Below are positions 28,632-43,183 of a DNA stretch of 64,000 nt, in pieces. A model generated the notes under the pieces. That model did not search any database. It had not been told where the DNA came from and saw only the letters and a list, made by a program, of their open reading frames with translations. The position numbers and the translations under genes are program-made. Source of the DNA: Eledone cirrhosa (lineage: Eukaryota). Each line of letters starts with the position of its first letter. Position 1 is the first letter of the stretch. The stretch lies in NCBI GenBank assembly GCA_964016885.1, contig OZ024747.1, positions 20,274,001 to 20,338,000 on the forward strand, in the 5' to 3' direction.

Positions 28632-28633
<2 letters not shown>
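28450..28633 (-). mobile_element. TA-embedded repeat, family H
   Basis: Reverse-complement homolog at 42414-42715. Confidence 0.7.
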
Positions 28634-28688
<55 letters not shown>

Positions 28689-28746
28689 TATATATATACA
28701 TACATACATAATAATTATATATATATATATGTACTTACATATGAGT

Positions 28747-28792
<46 letters not shown>

Positions 28793-28797
<5 letters not shown>

Positions 28798-28932
28798 TGT
28801 AATAAACAACATAAGGCAATTAATCCATTTACCAGTGGTTTCTTAAAAGCAAAAAATCCTCAGAATGAAAAAATCCTGGTCTGTTTATTGAATTTGGATT
28901 TTAAAAACAAAAATGCAATCTATATGAAAGTG
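28793..28932 (-). mobile_element. Family J fragment; hammerhead with a stem II deletion
   Basis: Reverse match to 30680-30830. Confidence 0.7.
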
Positions 28933-29026
28933 AGGCTGGAAAAAGAAGAAGGAAATAAAAAATAAAATAAAACCACACATGCAAACACACACACAAACAC
29001 ATACACACACACACAAAAGCATACAT

Positions 29027-29075
<49 letters not shown>

Positions 29076-29248
29076 TACACTCATACATACACACACACAT
29101 ATACACACATATATATGTATATAAATACACACATACACATACATACGCACATAAATATATCAACACATCCATACATACACATACATATATACAACCACAC
29201 ACACATATATACACACACATATATATATATAAATATAAATATAAATAT

Positions 29249-29340
<92 letters not shown>

Positions 29341-29730
29341 GCATACATATACACATACATAGCGATACACACATACATATACATACATACATACATGCAC
29401 ACAATCATACCTATATACACACGTACATATATACACATACATAAATGCGTACATATGCATGTACAAAATTAGAAAAATATACACACTTCTACATATTCAC
29501 ACACGCAAATAAATATAAGGAGAAATATATATAAAAAATAAAATAAGTATACAGTTGACAGCGATACATGCGACGAGTAGATGAACAGACACGCGTGGTA
29601 AGCAATACACACAAATGCACGTACACATACACACACTCTCATACATATACAAATACATAAACATATACATACACATACACAAATACGCACACACACACAT
29701 ATACATATATACACACACATATACACATAC

Positions 29731-29865
<135 letters not shown>

Positions 29866-29891
29866 GTATACAAATCAATACAATATAATTA

Positions 29892-29961
29892 CCTCATTAC
29901 CAGAGGTTTCCCGAATGAGGCGAATACGAAAGAAACGTCTTCATTCGTTCGTCAGACGAGG
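29892..29961 (-). ncRNA. Type I hammerhead ribozyme (family K), core intact
   Basis: Minus strand: cctcgt-CTGACGA-a cgaatga...tcattcg g-GAAA-cc tct gg-TA-atgagg. Confidence 0.8.
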
Positions 29962-30018
29962 CAATATATGCTTTTCTTGATGAGACTTTTCAAGTATTTA
30001 CCCATGTTTTTTATATTG

Positions 30019-30088
30019 CCTCGTCTGACGAACGAATGAAAACGTTTCTTTCGTATTCGCCTCATTCGGGAAACCTCTGTTAATGAGG
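30019..30088 (+). ncRNA. Hammerhead (family K) with one stem III substitution
   Basis: cctcgt-CTGACGA-...-GAAA-cctctgt-TA-atgagg. Confidence 0.65.
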
Positions 30089-30411
30089 TAATTATATTGT
30101 ATTGATTTTTATACATTAAATTTTGCTCTGATACTTACATAGAGCACTCTTCACTTCTATGACCTTTTCTGTTTTCAACGGAAATTTCAATACACACATA
30201 TATATATATATATATATATAAATACACAGACACACACATATATATATATCCATACACACACACATACATACATAGCTATACAATTATACACATACAAATA
30301 CGTACATATCACAAACATGCACAACCAAATACAAACACACACACATATATATATGTATAAAACTCAATCTTAGATAATTCATATGAACCTTATATATACA
30401 TATATATAGTA

Positions 30412-30890
30412 GTAATGTAATAAACAACATAAGGCAATTATTCCATTCACCAGTGGTTTCTTAAAAGGAAAATAATTTTGCCTTCAATCCTCAGAATGAA
30501 AAAAACCTGGTCTATCTACATATACATATATATACACATATATATATATATATACACATACACATACATACACATACATTTTGGTATGTGAAGGGTAAGG
30601 CAAAAAGAATATATAGGCGGGGGGGGGGGAGACATAGGAAAAGGTGAAATATATGGGGAGATAAGGGAGAAAGCAATCTTTCATATAGATTGCATTTTTG
30701 TTTTTAAAATCCAAATTCAATAAACAGACCAGGATTTTTACATTCTGAGGATTGAAATAAACATTTTTTGCTTTTAAGAAACCACTGGTAAATGGAATAA
30801 TTGCCTTATGTTGTTTATTACATAACTATTAAGCTCTGTTAACTACATAGAGCACTCTTTTTTCCTGGACTTTTCCGACGGAATTACTTC
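30412..30890. mobile_element. Family J element with an inverted partial copy
   Basis: 30415-30512 is inverted relative to 30726-30823. Confidence 0.75.
30741..30794 (+). ncRNA. Type I hammerhead ribozyme (family J)
   Basis: catt-CTGAGGA-ttgaaa...ttttaa-GAAA-cca c tgg-TA-aatg. Confidence 0.7.
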
Positions 30891-30922
<32 letters not shown>

Positions 30923-30927
<5 letters not shown>

Positions 30928-31108
30928 TTTCTACTTTTGGCACAAGGCCAGCAATTACCCAGTACATTACTGGTACTTTATTTTATCGACGCCGTAAGGA
31001 TGAAAGGCAAAGTTACCTCGGCAGGATTTGAATTCAGACCGTAAAGGGACGTAACTATGCTCGAAAGATGGCGTCCGACCCTCTACCAATACTACCAATC
31101 CACTGCCC
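30923..31108 (-). mobile_element. tRNA-derived SINE
   Basis: Reverse consensus match. Confidence 0.9.
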
Positions 31109-32635
31109 TATATATATATATATATATATAATGTTTGTGTACGTGCATGTGTGTGCACTCACACATTTAATTGCATATTAGAAGTTAACCTCCTTATTGA
31201 ATGGTACAAATGAATTTAAACAAATTACTTCATTGAATGCACTCAAAAGTGTTAACTAACTTAAGATTATATCAACGGAGGTTATCACATCAACAGTGCC
31301 ATAGCCCGACTTTATTTCTTACTCAGACTTCCTTTCTTCTCAGTGCTACATAACCAATTTCTTATCTTCTCGCTTTCTTTTCCGCTCCATTCCCCCAAGC
31401 CCTAACCAAATAAAAACCATCTGCTCCCATTCACCCTCAGAAAGCAGTTTAATTATCCAAACCAATAAGAATATTTCTATCTCTGATTGACAGCCATAAC
31501 ACAATTTTCTTACAGGACATACATCCTTCAAAGAACATCCATCTCCTAAGTTTGGCAAATCGTCAAGGATGACTGCTATACTAATCAAGAAGAAGCAATT
31601 TTAGAAAACCACTTTATTTCTTAACAAATCTGTTCGTATAATTCTTATTTTCAATTCAGTCACTTGCAAGTTGATCCTTTTCCAAGAATTACTCTCTATT
31701 GCATATAGGTTCTGTAAAGAATTCAACCCTCGTTGCTACTTCCTTTGCTTTGCCTCTATGCCTTTGGCTGTAATTCGTACTTAGATTATTTGTAACAATT
31801 TCATTTTCATTCCGATGCTTGCTGTTAACCTTCTGGGATACAATTTTGTAGATAAAGACAATTATTTAGAATGAACTGATTGGAGGTATACGCGTTATCT
31901 ATTAGTCATATTATTACTTTTGTTTTCTTTTGTGTGTGCACTTGTGTGTGTATATATATATATATGTGTGCGTGTGTTTGTATGTGTTTGTATGTGTCTG
32001 TGTGTTTAACGTTACATTATTTTCAGTAGTATATGTCGGTAACTGTTTAAATGCAATAGACTACTAGATAATCGGTGAGATAAATATAACTACAAGCTAC
32101 AAGAAGTGAGAAATTCTACTACCACTTTTGATTACTTTTGGAATTTGTTTTATAAAATATTGAGTGGTGGTACACTCAACTGAATAAGATATTACAAGTT
32201 AAATCAAATATCTTAGGAATACCTTACATCATTGTTGTGTTATTCCACGCAAAAGATGTTAATTGTTACTTTCGAGTGTACAAAAATCAGTTCGAGCAGT
32301 GGTCTAGGGCTCAGAGAATGATTTAACCCTGCCTTATTAGAGGGATGCCACACTTGTGTGTATGAGAAATATATCCCCGTACGTTTTAAAAAATGATGTT
32401 TTAGTTACTTTGACAGAAAATTTAACGTCACTTCATTTATAACGTCACCGAACCACACCATTCGTTCTTTAACTTTTTCGTTGTTTATCTTTTTTTTGTT
32501 TTTTTTTATAATCACTTAAATATGATAACTAAAGCAACTTTATATATGTATGAAATCGAATGTCATTAGATGTTCCATTTACTGGAGCAGATGATCTGAG
32601 CATCTAATTCGCAAACGTTAATGAAAGCTTTGCAC

Positions 32636-32731
32636 CGAAGTTAACTTTGCCTTTCATCCTTACGGGGTCGATAAAATAAAGTACCAGTAATGTACTGGGT
32701 AATTGATGGTCTTGTGCCAAAAGTAGAAACA
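32636..32731 (+). mobile_element. 5'-truncated SINE with a 19-bp target-site duplication
   Basis: gttaatgaaagctttgcac at 32617-32635 and 32732-32750. Confidence 0.9.
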
Positions 32732-33900
32732 GTTAATGAAAGCTTTGCACTTTTCGATGCATAATTTAAATGTCATTTCTTAAGCTTGATTTTATATTTT
32801 TTGAGAAACTTAAAAAGCCTTCACCATTATTTTGAATTCAAATATGAAATATTCAATTACTAGAAGAATTGTAGTTGGAACCAATGGTAGCAATGTCAAA
32901 AACATCTCACAATGAGCTTGGAAGTGGAATTGGGTACGGTGCAAGAAAGCTGATTAGCTGAATAAGTAGTACTTATCGGGAAAATCCTTGACACGAATTG
33001 GTGACAGTTACGAACAGTATCAATCGACTTTATAAGAAGAAAGGACAAATACGTGGGACAAAAGTGGTTCTTTTTCCCAGGTATTGAAACAGCTACGGAT
33101 ATATCTGTCTCATAAGAATTGATCAACAATGCATTGTCTATTAAAAGCTGTTCTTGATCAATTAATACTAGGTTTTACGTATTAAAAAGGAATTACGAAG
33201 ATTTTTGATCAGTAATATTTTATTTCTTAGAGAATTTTGATTTTTAACGATTGAAATAATATTCGGCATACTTAAGCATGTGTAATACTAATTAGGTGTT
33301 TGGTGTTTGCACTACATTAAGTATTCAAAAGCTAACTTAAACTATAATCTTCCATAGGATTGTAGCTCACATTAAATAATCTCATTGATTTATTTATTAA
33401 AATATGCCAGATTCATCACGCCAACTCATGTATATTCTTGTACATCCGCTAAATGTCTTTTTCATTGGTACTTCTGAAGGAACAGCAAATCCATAATGTT
33501 GCTATAGCTGCCGAAACGATCAAATTATTTTCAGTCATTAAGCTAATGTTGTCAATTCCACATTACATAAGCATTTTCTGAAATTTATATTGTTAAAATT
33601 GACTCCATTAAATATATCCAAGCTAACTTAACCACTGGATATCATGCGGATGATATCAAGTATAGTAAGACAAGTGATAAATTAAGCACAAAAACGCACG
33701 TTGGAGAAACGAGATTGGGAAGTATTCCTTAATTTATTTTTAGATAGAAGTAAGTAACTCAGTGTACATTTCAGGAAGGTGTACCTTGAAATTTTCATCG
33801 AAATATTGTGGAAACTTCTGACATTACATATGAGAGTGAAAATAAACATAAAAGAATAAGCGCAGGAATTACGTTCAACGGCGGCTTTCTGTCTATGCCA

Positions 33901-34117
33901 TTAGTTTCTTATATAGACACAAGGCCAGCAATTTTAGGGGGGGGGAGTCGATTAAATCGACCCCAGTGCATGACTGTTACTTTATTTTATCGACCCCGTA
34001 AGGATGAAAGGCAAAGTTAACCTCGGCGGGATTTGAACTCAGATCATAAATGGCCGTAGCTCTATGCTGCAAAGCATGGCGTCCGACCCCCTACCGATAC
34101 TGCCAATCCCCTGCCCT
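33901..34117 (-). mobile_element. tRNA-derived SINE, long-tail variant
   Basis: Reverse match including the gtcgattaaatcgac hairpin. Confidence 0.88.
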
Positions 34118-35411
34118 ATGTGTATGCCATTAGTAAAAAAAAAGCCGCATCTTTTCACAGCACCAATGAAGATGCCAACAAACAACTGAAGCAGCAGCAA
34201 CAACACTAATACTAACACCAACTATGGCATGCCAACTACAGTTATAATTTTAATGTAGTTAACTACTGCAATATTTCATGTTTTATCCTCTTATTTTCAT
34301 GATAATTCTCTGTCGAGTTTGGCAGACACATTAATGAATTACAACCGTATTAGTCTCAAACAACATGGCAATTGAATCGAAACTGAGGGTAAGATACGCC
34401 AGAGAAACAATAACCACACTACAACCTTTTTTTTTCTATCACAAAGGCGAGATGTAAGTCTCTTTGAGAGACCCCGAAAAGAAAGCAGAATAGCCATATT
34501 GTACTTTCATATATCAATCAAAACATCTGCATAACAATATCATATACTTGAGTGTCTCTGTTAAGAACCGATGACTACAAATAGCAGTAAATATCCAGGT
34601 AGTCACAAGATGCAGTTTTAACAAAGAGAACACATAGGACTAGAGTAAAGTATGAACAGTAGACTAGTGTGTCCTGGGTATACAAAATACCATGATCTCA
34701 GTTTTTCATGGCTAGAATATCATTGAAAATATTTCTGATACAACAGAGCTGGAATAAGTTCAGCAGTAATAATACATTGCAGTACATACTTAATGATATA
34801 AGAACACGGTCATTGACAATCATATATCTGGGCCTCATACCTAGCACAATATTTCTCATGAGATCCGAATTAACAACCACCCATCTGCTTATAAAGTATT
34901 CCCTTTTGCAGCCATAGTCAATAGTTCACTGTTATGATACAACATGTCATATCATACTCATCTAGCGGACATGTATCGAATGTCAGTAGACGATATGTAA
35001 AAGCCCCAAAGTTGCATTGTTTATTCGCCTCGATTGTTGAATGTAGAGATATCTTGCACGAACTCAACTATTAGATTATTGTTGATAACGCAAACCATTC
35101 TGTTTCTATACATTAGTTTAGTATAATATATTATTGTATTACATTTCATATAATTATAACCAAAGAAAATAAATTTGTATCTAAACTATTCTATATTAAC
35201 TATTCATGCACTCATCTCCAATAATTGACAAAGGCTTGAAGAAAATTTCTTTTGTAAATTCAAGCATTTCAGACACAATAAATAGAAACTTCCTTTATGT
35301 TCTGTAAAATAGATTTTAGCGAAAACTTTCAAATCTATTTAATATTGTTTCATATAATTTGTTTCTATCATACAAGCATGTGTTGTTATTATTAAAAGTT
35401 GTATGAGGATT

Positions 35412-35630
35412 GTGGTGAGCAGAATCATTAAAACATCTTACAAAGGAGTTTACTGTATTTAAGTTTTGAGTTCAAATTTAGCCATGGCTTACCGTACCTT
35501 TCATAACTTCCGATTCCATAAAATAAGTACCACTTAAGGACTAAAACCGATTTGATGAATTGTGACTTCTCCCCAAATAATTGCTCTCTGACAACGTTAA
35601 AAGCCCTTATTAATATTTGAGATTTAGCCA
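35412..35630 (+). mobile_element. Old diverged SINE
   Basis: gagttcaaatt B box; cctttcataac...ataaaataagtacc. Confidence 0.55.
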
Positions 35631-37722
35631 TAGATTTGCAGAATCAGATACAAAAGACCCTACAATAATTATGTTATATTTTCCTTTAACCCAATAAGTC
35701 CAATTTTGCTTTTCAGCCTTCCATATAGTATTTCTAAATATGTGAACTTCTCTGTGAACCTAGCTGACATTGCCTAAATTCCAATGAAAGAATCTTGCTT
35801 CTATGGTAGAAACCGGCTCTCTGTTGTTGAAAATTTAAAAATAATAAAAGCAGAAAAACAGACATACATCCTCCATACATACATCATACATTTATGCTTG
35901 CGTACACACATATATACATAATGGCTGCAAACTCTACTAAGAGTATTGCAATCGCTTGTCAGATTACAGAGTTTGGTGCACTTTTAGGCTACCTCCAGCC
36001 ACACAAACCTGTAACATATCCTGAACAAACAATGTCTGTGCTTTGAAGGTTTTTTTAAGTGGGGAAAGGCCTTGCACTCGACCAATCCCACTCGCTGAGC
36101 ATCGACAAAACTACCCGAAAAGGACAACTTGTCAACATCATCTGATGCTTCCGAAGCCGCAGGGTTTTCTTTTCAGAGTTTCCCTCTCCTATAAAGGTGT
36201 TGCGACAACAACTGGGGGCCTTTCACTCTGAGACCGAAAAAAAAAAAACATACATACATACATATATATACATATACGGAGACCAATACGAAGGTACAGT
36301 ATATTTCTTTTGCTAAAGGATGAGAACAGCAATTCATGAACATCTCAACTTCACATATGCTTCCCGTAACCACTACTGTAACAATACGTGTATATAACGA
36401 CACAAAGGAGTTGAATATAGTGATGGGGAGACTATTGATGATGATCATAATAAACAACTCGGGATTTATACATAGCTTCGCAACAATTTACTTAAGCTCT
36501 GTTTGTGTGTGTCTTATTTTGTGTGAAACCACTTAGAAAACGGTTGAATGAATCCTGCTGAAGATTCTTAAATACATCACAAAAACAAGCTTTTACTATG
36601 AAAGAAATCAGAAATCTTTTGAAATTTCACACTGAAGTGGTTTAGACATAGAAGAAAAGAGAACCGTTAATTGCAGGAAATCGGACGACGTCTCGGAGAA
36701 TTTTATTTTACTAAATATATTACTCACACATACAGTCACACACGCACTCCCCCTCCACATACACACAGATAAACACGCAAACACATATACCACCACTGAT
36801 GGTTGTTCATATTGATGTTGGTAAGTTTGTGTTTATATTTTTTCCTTATTTCTGTTGGTGATGTTTGTGTTATGGGTTACGTTCCGTTTGTGATTGCAGC
36901 AACTAAGTTTCACTGATGTTGTTTAGTAGTTTTGACGATGATGGTTGTTGGTGTTATAGATGGAGGTAGGGATGGAGAGGAGGGGCGTGGTTTGGCGGTA
37001 TTTGGTAATTGTGATCTTGACTGTGCTCGTATTTTGGGTGTGTTTATTCTGTTATTGCTAGTATGTATAAGTTGAAGGGGGAAGTGATGGTTTTGGAGAT
37101 GGTAATGGCATTAGTTTTTGTTCTGATGTTTATGATGGGGAAAAGAGCAGTCATGGGTGTTTAGTATATGATGATGGTAGGTATGTTCTATGTAGTAGTA
37201 GGTAGTGTTCAGTAATTGTAGTATTGTGTTGTCATTTGTGGTGTTCGTGTCGTAGCTTTGGTAATAGGTAGAAAGTGTAAAAGATGTTGTGGTGGTGGAG
37301 ATTCAGTATGGATTTTCGTGATTGTTTTGGCGTTAGTGTTTGTGTTGTTGAGAATAATTGTTGTATTTGATATGGGCGGTATTGTCGAGGGTGGTGGTTC
37401 TGATCAGGGTGCTATCCATAATGTGGGTGATACTCTATTTCTGTAATAGGATCATATCAAACATCGATTTGGGTTCTGGCTGTTAATTGTAGCAGATGAA
37501 TTGATCGTAGAGCTCATGATTGATGATGTTAAATATATAAATTGTCAGTGGTTATGAAAATAGTGTTGTTTTTTATTATCTTTATTGAATGTGAATGACA
37601 GTGGTGTTTTTGGTTAGGACTTCTTGCTAGTGCTGGTTTTTCTTGTAGGTAGTATTTGGTCATTATTGTTTTTATCTTGTGCCCCAGTTCACCATTTATG
37701 TAAGGATGGATTTTAATCATGA

Positions 37723-37795
<73 letters not shown>

Positions 37796-37851
37796 TTCTC
37801 TCTCTCTCTCTCTCTCTCCTTCTCTCTCTCTCATTATATATACATACATAG

Positions 37852-38003
37852 CGGCGGATTGGCAATATCGGCAGAGAGTCAGACGGTCTGAGTTCAAATC
37901 CCGCCGAGGTAAACTTTGCCTTTAATCCTTACGGGGTCGATAAAAGAAAGTACCAGTAATACACTGGGAAAATTTCTGGATTTGTGCCAAAAGTAGAAAC
38001 AAT
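37852..38003 (+). mobile_element. tRNA-derived SINE, internally deleted
   Basis: Consensus match. Confidence 0.85.
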
Positions 38004-38098
38004 TATACACACATACATACATACATGCATACATACATATATACATGTATTGAGTACCTTACTTACTGTGCTTATCCCCGACTCAACCCGGGACCTAC

Positions 38099-38142
<44 letters not shown>

Positions 38143-38147
<5 letters not shown>

Positions 38148-38351
38148 AACGAGTAGGACCCCGACGGCTGAGCTCAAGCCGTTTCGACGGCTAATTCTGG
38201 ACTAAAATGTTTTTAGTCCAGAATTAGCTGTCGAAACGGCTTGAGCTCAGCCGTCGGGGTCCTACTCGTTCCTATGACCCACTCTACTACCCTAAGTATT
38301 GAGTACTTTGGTGCGTTATGGTCCACCTGGTTCCTTACCACATTTCCTTCG

Positions 38352-38352
<1 letters not shown>
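38143..38352. mobile_element. Family G palindromic element carrying a hammerhead 3' half
   Basis: Palindrome 38143-38274; GAAA-cggct tgagctc agccg-TC-ggggtcc at ~38233-38262. Confidence 0.8.
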
Positions 38353-39168
<816 letters not shown>

Positions 39169-39170
39169 AT

Positions 39171-39422
39171 ATATAAGATCAGCAGATGGTTAAAAGTGAT
39201 TTTTAACCTTCATATCATGTCTTCCTATTTTATCTGATGAAAACACAAATATTATTGCATGATGATATTTGTTTTTGAAATGCGCATAATAAAATACATG
39301 GAACTTTTTTAACCATCTTTTAATCTTATATATTATGTATACGCCAGTCCTACAAACTGTAGAGTGCTTCTTATCCGATATCTGCATTGCTTTATTGTAC
39401 TACAATAAAACTCACCTCTTAC
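39171..39422 (+). mobile_element. Family M hammerhead mini-element in (TA)n
   Basis: IR agatggttaaaa / ttttaaccatct brackets the ribozyme. Confidence 0.75.
39226..39296 (+). ncRNA. Canonical type I hammerhead ribozyme (family M)
   Basis: tattttat-CTGATGA-aaacacaaatattat tgcatg atgatatttgttttt-GAAA-tgcgca-TA-ataaaata: 8-bp stem I, long stem II, palindromic stem III. Confidence 0.88.
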
Positions 39423-39849
39423 ATATATATATATATATACATATCAAGTGATAGTGCTCCTACACTGCAGAGCAAATATGATCCCCGTTCCACTTCGAAG
39501 ATGGTAGGATATAGTTTTAAGGCAGATTGGATACGATATCTATCCTGTGGTTGCTAATTTGTTACTAACGGCCGGTATGATGGTTACTGTGTAGTTGCGT
39601 AAGTAGATAAATTTAATTTGTTGTTGATGTTGAGTCGCAAGTGGTTAATCATAGTTTCTTTCATATGTTTAGCTTCATATCAGACCTGATTACGCATATA
39701 TATATAATAAGCTGAAACGTTATGACAATCTCGATATATTTTCAGGCATAGTATTTTAAGGACTACATTACCCATTCTGTCCTTCACTTAAGAGTTTAGA
39801 TTGGGATTTAAGGGAGTAGATTCTTCTTCATTATTAGTGGATTGGTCAT

Positions 39850-40040
39850 GGCAGTGGATTGGCAGTATCGGTAGAGGGTCGGACGCCATATTTGACGCAT
39901 AGAGTTACGGCCCTTGCCATTCTGAGTTCAAATCCCACCGCGGTTAACTTTGCCTTTCATCCTTACGGGGTCGATAAAATAAAGTACCAGTAATGCACTG
40001 GGATAATTGCTGGCCTTGTGCCAAATGTAGAAACAATTAT
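39850..40040 (+). mobile_element. tRNA-derived SINE
   Basis: Consensus match. Confidence 0.9.
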
Positions 40041-40191
40041 TAGTGCTTTGTGAATGTCAAGCTAATATAAAATACTGATTAAAGGAAGAGACTGTGGTTC
40101 AAGATATACTATAGAACAATAAGAAGGATTGCATTAGCCACAATAACAAAGATAATAAATGGTGGAACCTCCACATCTTTCTCTCCTTTGT

Positions 40192-40350
40192 CTGACGCCA
40201 TGCTTTGCAGCAAAGAGTTACGGCCCTTTATTGCCTCAGTTCAAATTCCGCCGAGGTTAACTTTGCTTTTCATCCTTACGGCCTCGATAAAATAAAGTAC
40301 CAGTAATACACTGGGATAATTGCTGGCCTTGTGCCAAAAGTAGAAACAAT
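40192..40350 (+). mobile_element. 5'-truncated SINE
   Basis: Consensus match. Confidence 0.85.
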
Positions 40351-40761
40351 TATTTCTCTCTTTCTCTCTCTCTCTCTCACCCCCTCTCTCTCGTTTTCCC
40401 ATGTCTTTCTTTCTTTCTAATTCCGCTCTTTCTCTCCCATTGATAGTATAATCCTCCGAGTTACGAATGAGATGACAATATAACCTAAGATAATCAAGAC
40501 CTGACAATAGGGGATAATAATAGTTTCAGAATGCGCTCGAAAAATATAGAAATATACTTAAATTACGAAAAGAAAAAAAAATGCATGAAAATTATTATTG
40601 AAAATAGAGGGAAAGAGTGCCAAGGAAAGAAACAGGGTTCGCCGGATCGATCAAAGGGTAGACATATTGGTTTGTTCAGCTGTACAAGAATTATTTTATT
40701 TTCATTTCCATTTATTATACATCACATTGCTGTTTGATATTGTTCACATCATAAAGGGTTA

Positions 40762-40885
40762 TCTTCTTCTTCTTCTTCTTCTTCTTCTTCTTCTTCTTCT
40801 TCTTCTTCTTCTTCTTCTTCTTCTTCTTCTTCTTCTTCTTCTTCTTCTTCTTCTTCTACCACTACCACTACCACTACTACTACCA

Positions 40886-40937
<52 letters not shown>

Positions 40938-41045
40938 GACGACGACCACCACCACCACCACCACCACCACCACCACCACCACCACCACCATTACTACCAC
41001 TACAACTAATAATACTAATAATAACAAAAAACAATACTAATAGTA
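40762..41045. repeat. Compound trinucleotide microsatellite (TTC)(TAC)(GAC)(CAC)(TAA)
   Basis: Directly visible in the sequence. Confidence 0.95.
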
Positions 41046-41362
41046 AATAAATAACATATGATATATAATAAGACATGTTTTTCTTTACATATTCCCATTC
41101 CACCTCTCGCAGAAATATGTCGTTCTTGTATGTTCGAAAGATGAAATTACATACAACAGGAAATTATATATTTTGAATTTAATTTACATTCAAAGGGTAA
41201 ATTACAATTTCGATGGAAGAATGTAAAGCACATATACATACATGAGTGTTAGTATGAGTGCGTGTTTATTTATATGCGTTTCTGCAAGTGCGTCAGTTTT
41301 TAAGACTGTGTGTACAACACATATAAATATATATATAAACACACATACACTCGCACACACGC

Positions 41363-41401
<39 letters not shown>

Positions 41402-41405
<4 letters not shown>

Positions 41406-41511
41406 TCAACTCTACTTTTGAAAAACAGAAGAACTGCGAAACCGGTAAAGGAACCAAATAAATATATATCATTTTTTTTAAATAAGACTGCAGTTGCATT
41501 TTCGATTTCAT

Positions 41512-41515
<4 letters not shown>
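41402..41515 (+). mobile_element. Family E copy with a U3-A8 hammerhead-like motif (41415-41450)
   Basis: ctt-TTGAAAA-acag aagaa ctgc-GAAA-ccgg-TA-aag. Confidence 0.65.
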
Positions 41516-41583
<68 letters not shown>

Positions 41584-41624
41584 TATATATATATGTATAT
41601 ATATATACGTATATATATGTATAC

Positions 41625-41744
<120 letters not shown>

Positions 41745-41814
41745 TATATATAATATATATATATGTATATATATGTATATATATGTATATACATATATAT
41801 ATAATATATATTTA

Positions 41815-41939
<125 letters not shown>

Positions 41940-42306
41940 TGCGCGCGTGTGTGTTTATTTTGCATGTAACTACACACGTATATATGTCCATGTGTTAGCG
42001 TCTCAGTATATGATATATTTATATATTGGTTATTCAAAGTAATGTACATGTGCATATAATTATATCAATAAAAATACACACAAACACAAACACACACAGA
42101 CACACAGGCACGCACATGTATATATACCATGGTGGTTTTGAAGGACGCGAGAATGACTACGCAATACCAGAGTAGTAATTAATAACATTCTCTATTATGG
42201 GTATATGATGAGATGTGTTATACTGGGGTGTCATCGGAAACCACAGGAACATCAGACAAGACTCATCAAATAGTTAATATATATATATATATATATAAAT
42301 ATATAT

Positions 42307-42397
<91 letters not shown>

Positions 42398-42413
42398 TAT
42401 ATACGCATATATA

Positions 42414-42715
42414 TGGTAGCTGCCAACTCGTTTTCGAGTACGGCCACTACTTTATAACCATGTAGGAGAACCCCTACCGATGCACTGAACGAGTGTGAAT
42501 TTTTAGTCCAGCCAGCGACTTGAAAACTCTGGTACAAACACTACACTTGTGACAATTATTGACACATATTGCTGGGCCCATGGTACCATGTGACGACAAG
42601 TGCAGAAAGATCTCCAGATATAAAGCAATGCCTGTGCCATGAAGCTTTTATAGTGAGCAAGGGCACTGCACAAAGCCAGTCCCATTCTCTTAACCAAGAT
42701 GATATTTACCAAAAA
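42414..42715 (+). mobile_element. Family H repeat, longer copy
   Basis: Homolog of 28450-28633; lies between (TA)n and (TACA)n. Confidence 0.7.
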
Positions 42716-42764
42716 GAAGATACATACATACATACATACATACATACATACATACATACATACA

Positions 42765-42795
<31 letters not shown>

Positions 42796-43183
42796 TGGAG
42801 CTACGGGTTATATACCAACCCGCTTGGACCAAAGTATGACTGAACTTGGATTTGCTGACAAAAAGCGCAGCTCCCTAATTCATAGTCTACAAATGGCTGC
42901 GATAGCTGTCACCTTCAAAATTTGCAAAACATTCTTGCGATTCAAGGGATGACAATTTCTTTTCTTTTACAACCTTGCCTTGACACCAGGAAGGTGGCCG
43001 GTCAAAAAAATATACTCGAAATTAAGAGAAAGAGATAACATACATACATACATACATACATACATACATACATACATACATACATACATACATACATACA
43101 TACATACATACATACATACACAGAGGTCTGGAGCGAGTCAAGTTGTTTAATATATTCCTAGATGCAATTTTAAATATAGAAAA

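Noticed and set aside
40598-41103. Poly-L/P, poly-V/E and poly-G/S/R ORFs
   Set aside because: Artefacts of the trinucleotide microsatellite.
42200-42256. Hammerhead-like ATGATGA...GAAA-cc aca gg-AA
   Set aside because: Lacks C3, U16.1 and a convincing stem I; at best a decayed remnant.
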